Source: the human T2T-CHM13v2.0 reference genome, Homo sapiens. From it: DNA of 64,000 nucleotides. The notes under the pieces were generated by a model. The model was not told the DNA's origin. It did no database searches and saw only the letters and a program-made list of their open reading frames with translations. The stretch lies in NCBI RefSeq assembly GCF_009914755.1, contig NC_060942.1; one strand, given 5' to 3'. Positions 12,108 through 27,396 of this stretch are shown piece after piece (positions within the stretch are counted from its first letter, which is position 1; each line of letters begins with the position of its first letter). Position numbers and translations under genes: made by a program.

Positions 12108-12487
12108 TTTTTTTTCCCTAGAGGCAGGGTCTCACTCTGATGCCCAGGCTGAAGTGCAGTGGTACGATCATAGCTCACTGCAGCCTCAGCTCCTGGGTTC
12201 CAGCAATCTTTCCTCCTCAGCCTCCTGAGTAGCTAGGACTACAGGTGCATGCCACCATGCCAGCTAGTTTTTTTTGTCTTTCTTCCTTTCTCTCGCTCTT
12301 TCTCTCTCTCTCCCCGTTTCCTTCCCTGCCCTCCTTCTCTCCTTTTCTCCTTCCTTCTTTCCTTTCTTGTAGAGAGGGGCTCTCGTTATGTTGCCTGGGC
12401 TGGTCTCAAACTCCTGGGCTCAAGCAGTCCTTTTGCCTTGGCCTCCCAAAGCCCTAGGATTACAGGTGCGAGCTACTGCTCCTGTCC
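12108..12487 (-). mobile_element. AluJ with expanded CT-rich middle linker
   Basis: Right arm at 12108-12265, ~100-nt pyrimidine tract at 12267-12368, left arm at 12370-12487. Confidence 0.9.
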
Positions 12488-14414
12488 GAGACTTTCCTTT
12501 TGATGAAAGAAAAAGGGAGTTATTTTCTACATGAGCTAAATCTTTTAAATGAATCCCCCTCCTCCTCACTCCCCAAGAAAAAGAGAAAGGAAGATGAAAA
12601 ACCCCCAAAATAGAACAGAACCCTCTTAGGAATGGGAAGCCCATGCATCTTTCTGGGGACCTCTTGTTGAAGGCATTAGCTAGATAAGCACCAGGTTCTC
12701 CTAGTAAGAGGGCTAAGGAGATCCTAGCTGCTCCATAAGATGTGATGAAAAGAAGGAATGAGCTTCAGTTGTACAAAGGCCCACGAGTCATCTGCAAACT
12801 ATGGCCTGAAGTGTTGGTAGACAGTGCAGTTGTCACCAGGAAGTCATTTCTGGAATTTTTCAGGCAAAGCAAGCACCTGGAAGGATTTGAGTAGAGTCCT
12901 GCACCGCCAGGGGTGGATCCAGGGTCCTGGGGTCTGGTCCCCCCGGGAGGCAGCCCTGCTGCTGCAGTCCTGGACTCCAGTGCACAGGCTCCCAGGCCAG
13001 GACCTGGGCGGCTTCCCGGCTTCCACACTCAGGGCTCATCTTGGTGGATGTTGCACAGGAGTTGGACCTTAGATATTCCTAGAGGTCTCCACCTCTCAGC
13101 ATCTCTGGCTGAAAGGTGGTTCCTCTGTAGAATGTTGTGACTGTATGGTGTGGGCAGCGTGGGGAAGGGGAGGAGGAGGAGTTAGTTTTTCAAAGAAGAT
13201 TTCCTGAGCTCACAGTTGGTTGGTACTCACATGTTGAAGAGTGCAGAGATGGGAGATGGCCCTCTTGGTGCTAGTGTCAGGTCTGTATCTCTGTGTTGGG
13301 CCTGGCTTGGTCAGAATGGTCTCGTGCAGCAGGGATGACTTCAGGGAGTCCCCAGCATGCTGTCGCAGCACAGGCTGTGGGGCAGGCCACCTGGAAGCTG
13401 CTGGGGAGGGCTGGGAAGGTGGTTCTTTCAGACTCCCCTGAGGAATGAGGCCAGGCAGCCACTGCCCTGTATACACCGACACACGCTTCAATCCTTGTCA
13501 TGGCAACATCAGCCCTTTTGAGTTTAACCTGCTGCAGGTTTGGGCAATGGGCCCCATTTGTTTTGGTTTCAAATTATGATATTCAAGAATAATTTCCATT
13601 TTATGAAACTCCTTGTCATGGACACAGACCTGAAGATGGGAGACTGCTAAACCTGGTCCTGCTGTGGGGGTGTAGGAGGGATCCCTAGGGATGGGGACAG
13701 GGAAGATGACACAGCAGACGGAAGGAGTGTGAGGAAGGCAGACTCAGCCTGCATGCGTCAGCCTGCTGACGGAGGGCGTGTTTATCATTTCACAGTTGAA
13801 AAACTGAAAAACTTAGTTGACTCTTGTACAACATGGGTTGAAACTGTGTGGGCCTACTTGTATACAGATTTTTTTCAATAAATATATTGGAAATTTTTGG
13901 AGATTTTCAAATATTTGAATAAACTTGCATATGAATCTCGTAGCCTAGAAATATTGAAAAAAATTAAGACAAAGTTAGGCATGTCATGAATGCATAAAAT
14001 ATATGTAGATACTAGTCTATTTTGTCATTTTTATTACTGTAAAATATATGCGTACCTGTTATAAAAAGTTAAATCTTATCAAAACTTATGCACACACTTA
14101 CATATATACATGGTACCATTTGCAGTCGAGAAATGTAACGCAAACACAAAGATGTAGTATTAAATCATAACTGCATAAAATTAACTGTAGTCCATTGCTA
14201 TACTACTGTAATAATTTTGTAGCCACATCTGGTTGCTATTGTGGTCAGCTCAAGTTTTTTCAGTATCCACTTAAGACACTATGTGATCCTTATCATCTCC
14301 GCATGAGCAGTTCTTCTCAACAGTAAATTTCATGTCACAGTGAAAAGGAATCTCTTGAGGTTCTTGCATATTTTCACTGTATTTCCTGCAATACCATAAG
14401 CCTCGAAGAGCAAC

Positions 14415-16232
14415 ATGGGACCCAAACCCATAGGAAGTACCCCTAGTGATGCTGGAAGTGCTCCCAAGAAGCAGAGAAAAGTCATGACATTGCAAGAAGA
14501 AGTTGAATTGCTCGATTTGTGCTGTAGATTGAGGTTGGCAGCTGTGGTTACCTTTTGCCATTTCAAGATAAATGAAACCAGCATAAGAACCACTGGAAAA
14601 AAGAAAAGGAAATTTGTGAAGCCGTCACTGCAGCTATATGCCAACAGGCACAAAAACTTTGCACTTTTTGCAAAATACCTTTGTATCTTGTATTGAAAAT
14701 GCAGCTTTTATATGGTAGAAGGATGGCTATTAGAAAGCTCACCTATAGACTCTAATAAGATTTGAGAAAAAGCAAAGTCGTTATATGACAAAGCAAAAGA
14801 AATGCAAAGGATCTAAAGATGGAGAATTCAGTGCCAGCAAGGGATGGTTTGATAATTTTAGAAAGAGATTTGGCTTAAAAAAAAGTCAAGATAATAGGAG
14901 AAGCAGCAGTTGAGTTCCCAGATACCATTAAGAAAATCATTGAGGAGAAAGAATATCTGCCTCTATAGGTTTATAAATGCAGATGAAAGTGGTCTATTCT
15001 GGAAAAAAAAGCTACAAAGGACATTTATTAGTAAGGAAGAGAAGCAGCATGGATAGGCTAACTCTTATCATTTTGTGCAAATGCAGTTGGGTTTATGAAC
15101 AGGACGGCCCCTGAGCCTTGAAGGAAAAAGGTGAACACCAGCTGCCAGTCTTTTGATTGTAGAACAAGAAGGCCTGGACAGTGAGAACTCTTTTCCTGGA
15201 TTAGTTCCATCAGTGTTTTGTCCCTGAAGTCAGGAAGTACGTTGCCAGTAAGAGACTGCCTTTTAAACTTCTTTCAATACTGGACAGTGCCCCTGGCCAC
15301 CCAGAACCCCATGAGTTCAACACTGAAGGCTGAAGACTGAAATGGTCTATTTGCCCTCAAATAAGACATCTCATATCAGCCTCTAGATCAGGGTCTCAAA
15401 AGGACCTTTAAGGCTCATTACACACGGCGTTCTATGGAAAGGATAATAACGCTGTGAAGGAGAACCCTGATAGAGAGAAGGTCAGGAAAATCTGAAAGGA
15501 TTTCACCATTGAAGGTGCCACTGTTGTAACAGAAAAAACTGTGAGAGCTATCAAACCCGAAACAATAAATTCCTGCTGCAGAAAACTCTGTCCAGATGTT
15601 GTGCATGACTTCATGGGATTTGCAACAGAGCCAACCAAGGAAATCATGAAAGAGACTGTGGCTATGGCAAAAAAAATAAAAAGGTGCGCCAGGGGAGAGG
15701 GGGAAGGAAGGATTTCAAGATATGGATCTTGGAGAAATTCAAGAGCTAGTAGACACCACACCAGAGGAATTAACACAGGACGACTTAATGGAGATAAGTA
15801 CTTCCAAACCAGGGCCAGGTGATGGGAAAAAAACATAGAAGAAGCAGTGCCAGAAAATAAATTGACATTAGACAGTCTGGCAGAAGGGTTCCAGTTATTC
15901 AGACTGCTTTTGACTTCTTTTATGACATGAATCCGTCTATGAAGTGGGCACTGAAACTAAACAAACAGGGGAAGAAGAATTGGTGCTGTTTAGAAACACT
16001 TAGATAAATGAAAAAGCAAAAAAGGCAGATGGAAATTGCAGTGTGTTTTGTGAAGTTACACCAAGTGTGCGTGCCTTTCCTGTCCCGGTTCCCACCTCCT
16101 TCATCGCTTCTGTCTCTGCCCCGCCTGAGACAGCATGGCCAACCCTGACTCTCCCTCCTCCCCTCAGCGTACTCAATGTGAAGATAACGAGAATGAAGAA
16201 CTTTATGATGGTTCACTTCCACTTACTGAATA
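14415..16232 (+). pseudogene. Tigger2 transposase, disrupted by stops and frameshifts
   Basis: ORF 14415 has SDAGSAPKKQRKVMTLQEEVELLD (CENP-B-type HTH); motifs NADES (14976), LDSAPGH (15280) and QPLDQG (15377); ORF 15541 has AIKPETINSCCRKLCPDVVHDF. Confidence 0.9.
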
Positions 16233-16257
16233 CTAAATATATTTTCTCTTTCTTATG

Positions 16258-16574
<317 letters not shown>

Positions 16575-16829
16575 CCTAATTTTTTAAATAACATTTTCTT
16601 TTCTGTAGTATACTGTATTATAAGAATACTGTAAGTATATGCATAATACATATAACATTGAAAATGTGTGTTAATTGGCAGTTTATATTATCCGTAATGG
16701 TCAACAATAGGCCATTAGTAGTTACATTTTTGGGAGTCAAAAGCTATACTTGGATTTTTGACCGTGGAGCGGGCTGGCATCCCTAACCTCTATTTAAGGG
16801 CAACTATCAGATGGTTCAGAAATAAAATC

Positions 16830-17940
16830 AATTATCAAAGGCATTCATTCATGCCTGCTGCTGTCCACTCTGTCCCTGCCTTGTCTCTGCAGTCGTGTTT
16901 CTTATATATCCTTCTAGAATTTCTGTATGCATTTATAAACAACTTTAAAAACAAATTAGCCACCTCCACCCTTCATCAAGCCCATTTTCCTGTACCATGC
17001 TTTCGACACTCAATGTGCCTTAGAGATCCTTCCACGTCCGCACACAGAAAGCTTCCCTTTTTTCTTGTCCCACCCGCCGCCCCACACCTCTCCTCTGCCT
17101 TTGTTTACAGCCATCTGGTGTCCCATTTAATAGACATGCCAGTTTACATAACCAGTCCTCTATTGATGAACCTTTGACTTAATTCCAAATTTTGCTATTA
17201 TAGACAAAGTACAATGAATAATATATTTTATTTCTCTTAATTTCAATTCTCAAACATGCACGTGTACCTTTAGGATGAATTTCTGCAATTGGATGTGCCA
17301 AGGCCAGAGCGTGTGCATTTGTGGCTTTGGTTGACATCACCAAGTCGCCCTTCCTGGGGCCTGTGCTGGTGTACTCTGAGGCGCGATTGTGTGAAAGGTG
17401 GGCTAAGGTGCCTGTTCGACCACATCCTCACTGGTAGACTGGGTCACCACAGTTTTGGAAAGGTGAGAAATGGTATCTAAACATAGTTTGAATTTGCATT
17501 TCTTTTACTGGAAGGGAGGCTGCGCGTGTTTCACATCAGAGCCACGTGTGTTTGTGGTTGTTGAACTTTCTCTCTTGGATTGCTAGGAGTGCTTTATGTA
17601 TTAGGGAAGCAGACTTCCCTAATGCGTGATAACGCATGCAGATACTGTTTCCAAGTTTTTGTTATTTGTCTTTTAAATTTGTTTTTGCATTTGTCTTTTC
17701 ACTTTGATTTTTGCCAGGCTGGAGTTTTGATGTTTATGTGGTCATAGGTGTGAATATTTTCTTTTGTGGCTTCTGGATTTTGAGACACAGTGGCTATAGA
17801 ACCACTGTAGCCAAAAGTTATGTTTGCTTTTGGTTTCATATACTTTGCTTTGGTCCTGTCTTCTTGACTTTATTTAAAATAGTAAGATATTCTTACTACA
17901 TTTTTCCATTGCCCATAGCTGGAAGGAGATTGTAATTATC
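16830..17940 (-). mobile_element. Old L1ME-type fragment (3' region)
   Basis: Degenerate antisense L1 3' motifs: ACCAGTCCTCTATTGATGAAC...TTCCAAATTTTGCTATTA and AATGGTATCT...TTTGAATTTGCATTTC. Confidence 0.55.
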
Positions 17941-18913
17941 ACCAAAGATGAAAAACTAAGGCATGTTCTCAGCAGAGGCAGATTAGACTTTAAGTTAGAG
18001 GCTTGTTCTTGGTGCAGAGGCCTGTGAGCGACCCGGCCCCACTTGCCCTGCACACCATGGCGTGGATTGTGGGCAGTCACAGGGAAGATCTCTGGCTTTG
18101 CTGGGAGCTGGGGTACGGTTCTTAGAGTGCCATTCTAGAGTGGCTTCGCGTACTGGTAATGAACGCCCATCAAGTGGCCTTGGGAATTCATGAGCCGGAT
18201 GATGATGACTTCGCCGGTGAAAAGCAAATCCCAAATAGGTTGTTTTCTGTGCATTCCAGTCCCAATTTCTCTTCCAAGTAATTATTAGATGTGCCAAGCC
18301 TGTTACGTTTATTACTTACAGAATTGTTTTTGTCTGTGTGAGTTTACTGAGGACTTAGGGGTTGGTATGTGAGGAGGGGAGCCCCCCTTCTCCTGTGGGC
18401 ACTCTAGCACTCTTAATAATCAGTATTAAACATGTTGAAGGCCATAAAGGAAATAACCTTCTCTTAAAAACAAGTTAGAGTCAGTCATAAAACTGTTTGC
18501 CTAGACCTTGATCACTTAAAATAAGATCTTAGATGTGATGTGTCTTTGTGGAGTATTTCCTGTGGCTCGGGAGGTGTGCATGAGAGTGGGGTCTGAGGGA
18601 CAGTGAGGGGTGAAGGAAAGGTGGGAGAGAGGGCCTTCAGTGACTGTACCAAAGACTCACAGACACTGGGTGTCTTGGTGATGGGTGCACATAGCCCTTC
18701 TTTTGTGACTGAAGCTGTGTGGCCTTCATCCCACAGGGTCTGCCCTCTCCAGATAATTCTGTCACTGAACTTCAAACTGTCAATGGAACGATAGCGCAGT
18801 CTCTTAACAATGCTTCAGGACAGATAATAGAGCTGTGCGGGCAGCCTCGGTGACAGTGTTGGGAATCTGCAGAATGGCTTTGTCCACTTCTTTCCTTTCA
18901 GAGGAGACATTGA

Positions 18914-19226
18914 ACCTCGGCATGGTGTCTCACGCCAGGAATCCCAGCATGTTGGGAGGCTGAGGTTGGGGGATCGGATTGCTTGAGGCTAGGAGCTTGA
19001 GGTCAGCCTGCGCAACATAGTGAGACCCCTGTCTCTACCAAAAAAAAAAAAAAAAAAATTAGCCGGGTGTGGTGGTGTACACCTGTTGTCCTAGACACTT
19101 AGGAGGCTGAGGTGGGAGGATCACTTGAGGCAGGAGGTCGATGCTGAAGTGAGCTATGATCATGGCACCACTGCCCTCCTCCAGCCTGGGTGACAGAGTG
19201 AGACTCTGTCTCTTAAAAAAAAAAAA
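18914..19226 (+). mobile_element. AluJ
   Basis: Dimeric Alu with A tail; degenerate TSD GGAGACATTG / GGAGATATTG. Confidence 0.9.
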
Positions 19227-19754
19227 GGGAGATATTGGTGGGCCTGCAAGGACATGCAGTTGGATAGAATTAGGACCATGTGTAGCATGGTGATAGACGT
19301 TGTGGTTGAAAAGGAAAAAAGACAGTCCTTGCCCTAGAGGTTTTGCGGTATAATCTAATCAGAGAGGCCAGCAGCATGGGTGTGGAAGAACCAGGAAAGC
19401 CAGAGCAGGGCTTTGTGGATGCTGCTGGGGGTATGGAGCAGGCAGTGACAGCTGCCTGGACCCCTACCCGCCCCTTCACCTCCTCTTCCTCCCTCAGTCT
19501 TGACCTTAGCTCCTTCCCAGGAACCTGAGGGTTCTGAGTCACTCACTGTTTGCATCTGGAATAACAGCTTCCAGGTGGGTTTTGAGCATCAGTTTGGTTG
19601 TGTGCTTTGTCATGTTTTGGCTTATCTCATTTACTGTAGATCATCTGAGATTAAATCCATAAATTAATGTATTTATTTTTCCTTATTCTTATATTTTACT
19701 TGAGAAATTTTGCAGAGTCAGACTTTTGCTAAGGAGATGATTTGACATGTTGGA

Positions 19755-19905
19755 AAGATGCAGATTCTGGATCCAGAGAGACGTAAGTTCAATCCCTGTT
19801 ACATCCGCTAGCATTTCTGTAGCCTTAGGTATATTACATAACTCACAGAGTCTCAGCTCCCTCCTCTGTAAAATGCAGAAAGTGATACCTCCCTCAAAGG
19901 GCAGA
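19755..19905 (+). mobile_element. MIR SINE
   Basis: GTTCAATCCC...TGTAGCCTTAGGTATATTACATAACTC...TCTCAGCTCCCTCCTCTGTAAAATG is the MIR core. Confidence 0.65.
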
Positions 19906-19984
19906 TAAAGGATAAGGGCAAATAAAAACTCTATTGTTGGGGAAGACAGAGGATGGATATGGCCTTTCCTATCTTATATTTCAG

Positions 19985-20110
19985 ATCCATTCATTCATCT
20001 GTCCATTCAGCTGTTGAGTCCATGAGAGCTTACTGGGTGCTTCTGAGTACCAGGACATGTAATGGGTGGGACACAAACACAAATAAGACCCCATCCCACC
20101 CTCAAAAAGC
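19985..20110 (-). mobile_element. L2 3' end fragment
   Basis: TCCATTCATTCATC...GAGAGCTTACTGGGTGC...ACAAATAAGAC fits the antisense L2 tail pattern. Confidence 0.5.
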
Positions 20111-20633
20111 CAGACAGGGACTGACTTCAGTCTTTGTCAGGGGTGGATGGTGGGTGCAACAGAGCCCACTCAGGCCTCCTGGCACCTGCCTACCGATCCA
20201 CCCTCATGTGAAAGAGTCTTTGTGCATCCTGGTGGCGGTGTTGCGGGTGGCAGGAAGCTCTGATGGCCCTCCGGGCTTGGCTTCCGCCACACTCCCAGGG
20301 ACTGCTAAGGAGTCGCTTTCCAGCCGTGGGTGACACTGCTGGACACCTCTCAGAGTGTCCTCTGAGGATGAGTGTCATCCTCAGAACGCCGGCCACACTG
20401 GGCAATGTTTCCAGCTGGTTGTCGCCATGTTCTCAGGGGATATTTCGTAGAGGTCTTTAAATGCTAAAGCATTGGGCATTGTGACAGCTGGCGATGCTGC
20501 TGGCACTGTGCTCTTGAGGGAAGGCGGGCCTGGATGTGGAGGGTATGCCCAAAGGCCTGAGTCCGGAAAGGAGTTCTGCATTTCCATGCCGCCTGTGGCT
20601 CACCTGGAAAATAAAAACCTGTAGGAATAGTTA

Positions 20634-21276
<643 letters not shown>

Positions 21277-21325
21277 TATATACTTAAAGGACCACAGGAA
21301 GGCATCATTAACAAAACAAGTTGAG

Positions 21326-21625
21326 GGCCAGGCGCAGTGGCTCACACATCAAAACTTCAGGATGCTAAGGCGGGAGTACCACTTGAGGCCAGGAGTTTGA
21401 GATCAGCCTGGGTAACATAAAGAGACCCCATCCCTACAAAATGTACAGAAATTAGCCTGGTATGATGACATGTGTCTGTAGTCCTAGCTACTGAGGAGGC
21501 TGAGGCAGAAGGATTGCTTGAGTCTAGAAGTTCCAGACTGTAGTGAGCTGTGATCGCACCACCGCACTCCAGCCTGGGCAACAGAGTGAGATCCTGTCTA
21601 TAAAAAAAAGGAAAGAAACAAAAAT
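21326..21625 (+). mobile_element. AluJ
   Basis: Divergent dimeric Alu with A-rich tail. Confidence 0.88.
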
Positions 21626-23745
21626 ACACACAAAACTGAGTTCAAGGTTAAATATAATACTACGCATTTTTCCTCTTGAAAGTATATGAATGAGATACCT
21701 TAAATAATCATAGCGAAACCACTTGGGAAAACTCTTCCTAAGCTTCAGTTGCATTATATGTTCTCTGTGATGTTTTCTGACCCACCTGGACTTTGAAAAG
21801 ATGGTAAAATATTGTAAAAATAACACGGCTCTGTTTGTGCGTGCTTTCCATTTTTCTTCTTTACCTTTTGCCTGGTCACTGACTTCGTTAAGGGGAGGAT
21901 GGGCTGCTGTGCGTGCTGTGTGGCTTGATGTTTGTAAGGATTTTTGCAGGTCACATGCTAAAGAGGGTCCCACACTTCATAGAATTTTGGGCGGCTAGAA
22001 GGATCTGTTATTTGTACGTGTTCTGTTATCTCTAGTCTTTGGAAAGAAGGGCAGGCTTGCAAACTTTTTGTGTCCTTATTTGCAGAGTCCTATTTGAGTT
22101 GGCGTTGTGCACGTGACCTATGCCTGACCTGCTTGGATTAGGACGCCAGCCTAGGTTAGCCCCATGGCAGAGGCTGAGGTGTTATTCCCTAGCTCTGACT
22201 GCAAGAAACCAATTCCTTCCCCACAGCCCACTCACACAGAGCACACTAAGTTTTCCCATACCTTGGCTGTGTAGACAAGGGCTTCAAGAACCATTCAGAC
22301 GTGCCCTTGAACACTTCTTCCTGTTGCAAGAGCGTGCAAGCTTGAGTCGTTTTTATCTCTGGTGAACCCGGTTTCCCGTGGTAAACAGTTGTTTTAAGCA
22401 CTAGCCCACAACCCAGAGCTTCAGAACTGCCTTCCCCCGCCACCGTCCCCCGCACGGGGAACTCAAGTTAGGCTTCTTGGCCCTTACGTGTGGATTTCAT
22501 TTGAACAAGAACGTTTTGCACCTATTGATGTACTGCGTTTAATTGTACTTAGCTGTTTTCTTAGATCTTTTTCTCTGTGAAATCATAGGGACTTTGAGGA
22601 CAGTGACGGTTTCTGCCTTTGTTCCCTACACCTGCAAAACATGTACCTGTGCCTTGTGAAAATCCAGCCAACAGCCGTGTGCGGGGGGGTGCCCACGCAT
22701 CTCCTTGATGACATATTTTAGCGTTTGGATTAAGGAGAGTAGTTTGTTTGGTTTTTATTTTTATTTGTATTTTTTGCAGTTTATGTGTTGTGATGTCAGA
22801 AAGAGAGGGAAGTAGAAGAAAGCATTATTATTTTATTGCAATTAGATGTGACCACAACACATTTTTCCCTGATCTCAGCACATGCCTTACTGATACTGCG
22901 TGAAGAGATTTAGTGCAGCCAGTGTTTAAATATCGGTTTCTAAATGGTTGGTATCAGGTGAAGAAGCAACACCTTCAAGTAATTTTGGTAATGAGTTTGG
23001 CAATCAGTGGGGCCCGAGGGGAGATAACTTAGTACGATTTATGGTGATTTTGGCATGTTTCCTAATGGCTCTGGATTTCTCAGTTACAAAGTGGTAAATC
23101 AGAAAGGAGACTTTAAAAGAGGCAATTTTGTTCTGATTTAGTGGAATATTTTACAAATAAGAAGTAACAAAGTTCTGTGAGTTATTTTCTGGAAAAATTG
23201 TGACTTATGTTTTTAGATTGTTAACTTGTGTCAAATAATTTATTGAAAAAGCGATTTCTTAATGTTAACATTTTTCTGTGATGTGGCTGCATGTACAGGC
23301 ACACCTTGGAGATGTTGTGGAATACCCTGTAGACCGACATTCCCACGCAGTGATCTTGAAAAGCTGGACAGAGTACAAAAGAAAGGTGGCCAACACTGGA
23401 GGGACCAGGTCCTGAAGAGGAGGGAAGCTCATGGGCTGAACGCAGTGTTCTGTGATGCTTTTCCTCTTGAGATGTTTGCTGGCTCATAAGGGGCATGGAG
23501 CTGGATAGGTGAAGAACAAAACAGAAAGTGGTGTCCAGAAAACTAGGACCATGCATGGAGCTTGTGGCAGTCTTGTAGGGCTGGGAGACAAAACGTAGAG
23601 TTTTAGCTACAAAGGCTGTGTGAGTGTAAGAGACCGAGATCCTGGGGAGAAGGGAAAATATTAAGGTGAGCCTAGTAATCTGCACTTGTGTTCTCCTCAA
23701 GGCATTTGCTGATGTGTTAGCTCAGAGGCTAAGAGAAGGGAAAGC

Positions 23746-23872
23746 TATTATTATTATTGTTGTTGTTGTTGTAGAGATGTTCTCGTACGTTGCCCAGGCT
23801 GGCCTCAAGGGATCCTCCTGCCTTGGCCTTCCAGAATGCTGGGATAACAGATGAGAATTACCACACCCAGCC
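23746..23872 (-). mobile_element. FLAM / Alu left monomer with (TTA)n(TTG)n tail
   Basis: GTAGAGATGTTCTCGTACGTTGCCCAGGCTGG...GCTGGGATAACAG. Confidence 0.8.
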
Positions 23873-24179
23873 AGAAGGCTATTCTTAAAGACTAGGGGAA
23901 CCAAAACTTGGAGTTCAGGGCATGCCAAGGAGGAGGAGCCCTGGAAAGCACCTAGACTTCCTGTTAGGTCCTGACCCCAACCTAGGAATAAGAGTAAACC
24001 TGAAATAGTTTAGCCTTCACAAAAGACCGGGACTCAGCCTTGAACCCACTCAGTTCAGAGAGGATTATGGCACCCTGCCCTGCTCTGCCTGCCAGAAACC
24101 AGAGTCAGCGCTCTCTGAAGGATGATAACATTGGCCAGGGCCTCCAGTTCTCCTGTTAGTTTGTAATACACAGTGTTTG

Positions 24180-26070
<1,891 letters not shown>

Positions 26071-26524
26071 ACTGTAAAGGCAGGGTCTATAGCCACAAAA
26101 AAGATATTTCTTAAATTGCCCCTACACGTATCCTAAGCTCTCAGGGATAGCTTCAACCTGTAGAGACTCCCAGTTTCTTTAGCCCGAAGCCTAAGGTACA
26201 CATCCCCAAAGCAATTTGGATGGAAGATCCTGACCTGCTCAGCTATTCAGATGATTTTTTTACTGAAAGAGTATTTCATTTTTGTCTCAATTCATTTTGA
26301 TGGACTTACAGATAAGATTTCTTCACTAGAAGGCATTCATCACTTAAAAAATTAATATTTGAAATTGGTTATCCTTTATCTTTTTAATAAATTGAACAAT
26401 TAGGATTGGTAGAACAATGGTACACCTGTCTATTTTCCGTGGGTGCCACTGGGAAGACCTTACAGTATTGTTGAAGTGTATCTGTTGAACCTGGCAACAT
26501 TCAAGGCAGGCTGAGTTAAAGAAA

Positions 26525-26750
26525 GCACGTCACAAGACAGTATGTGCACTGTGATCCCACTTCAGTTAAAAATGTGTATGTTTATATTCATATAGAGAAA
26601 AGTCTGGAAGAATAACCCAAAATATAAGTAATGTTTCTGTCTGAGTGGTGGGATTATGGGTGATTTTATCTTCTCTGTTTATTTCTATTTTTGTATTTTC
26701 TCCAATGAACGTTTGTTACTCCTATAATAAAAATAAAAGCCATTTAAGAA
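26525..26750 (+). mobile_element. Old L1ME 3' end
   Basis: AGAGAAAAGTCTGGAAG...GAGTGGTGGGATTATGGGTGATTTT...AATAAAA. Confidence 0.55.
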
Positions 26751-26952
26751 AAAATTTTTTATCATATGACACCAACTGTTTCTACTAGAGGAATCTATGT
26801 CTTCTTTTAATCTTTATCAGTGTACACAGTTGAATTTCACATTATGTTAAATATTTGTCTCTCTGTGTCATCTGGAATAGAATTTTCTGCATTACCGTGT
26901 GGTTGAGTATACATCTGCCACTCGTCCGGTCCCTCGCTTCCTGTCCTTGTGA

Positions 26953-27396
<444 letters not shown>

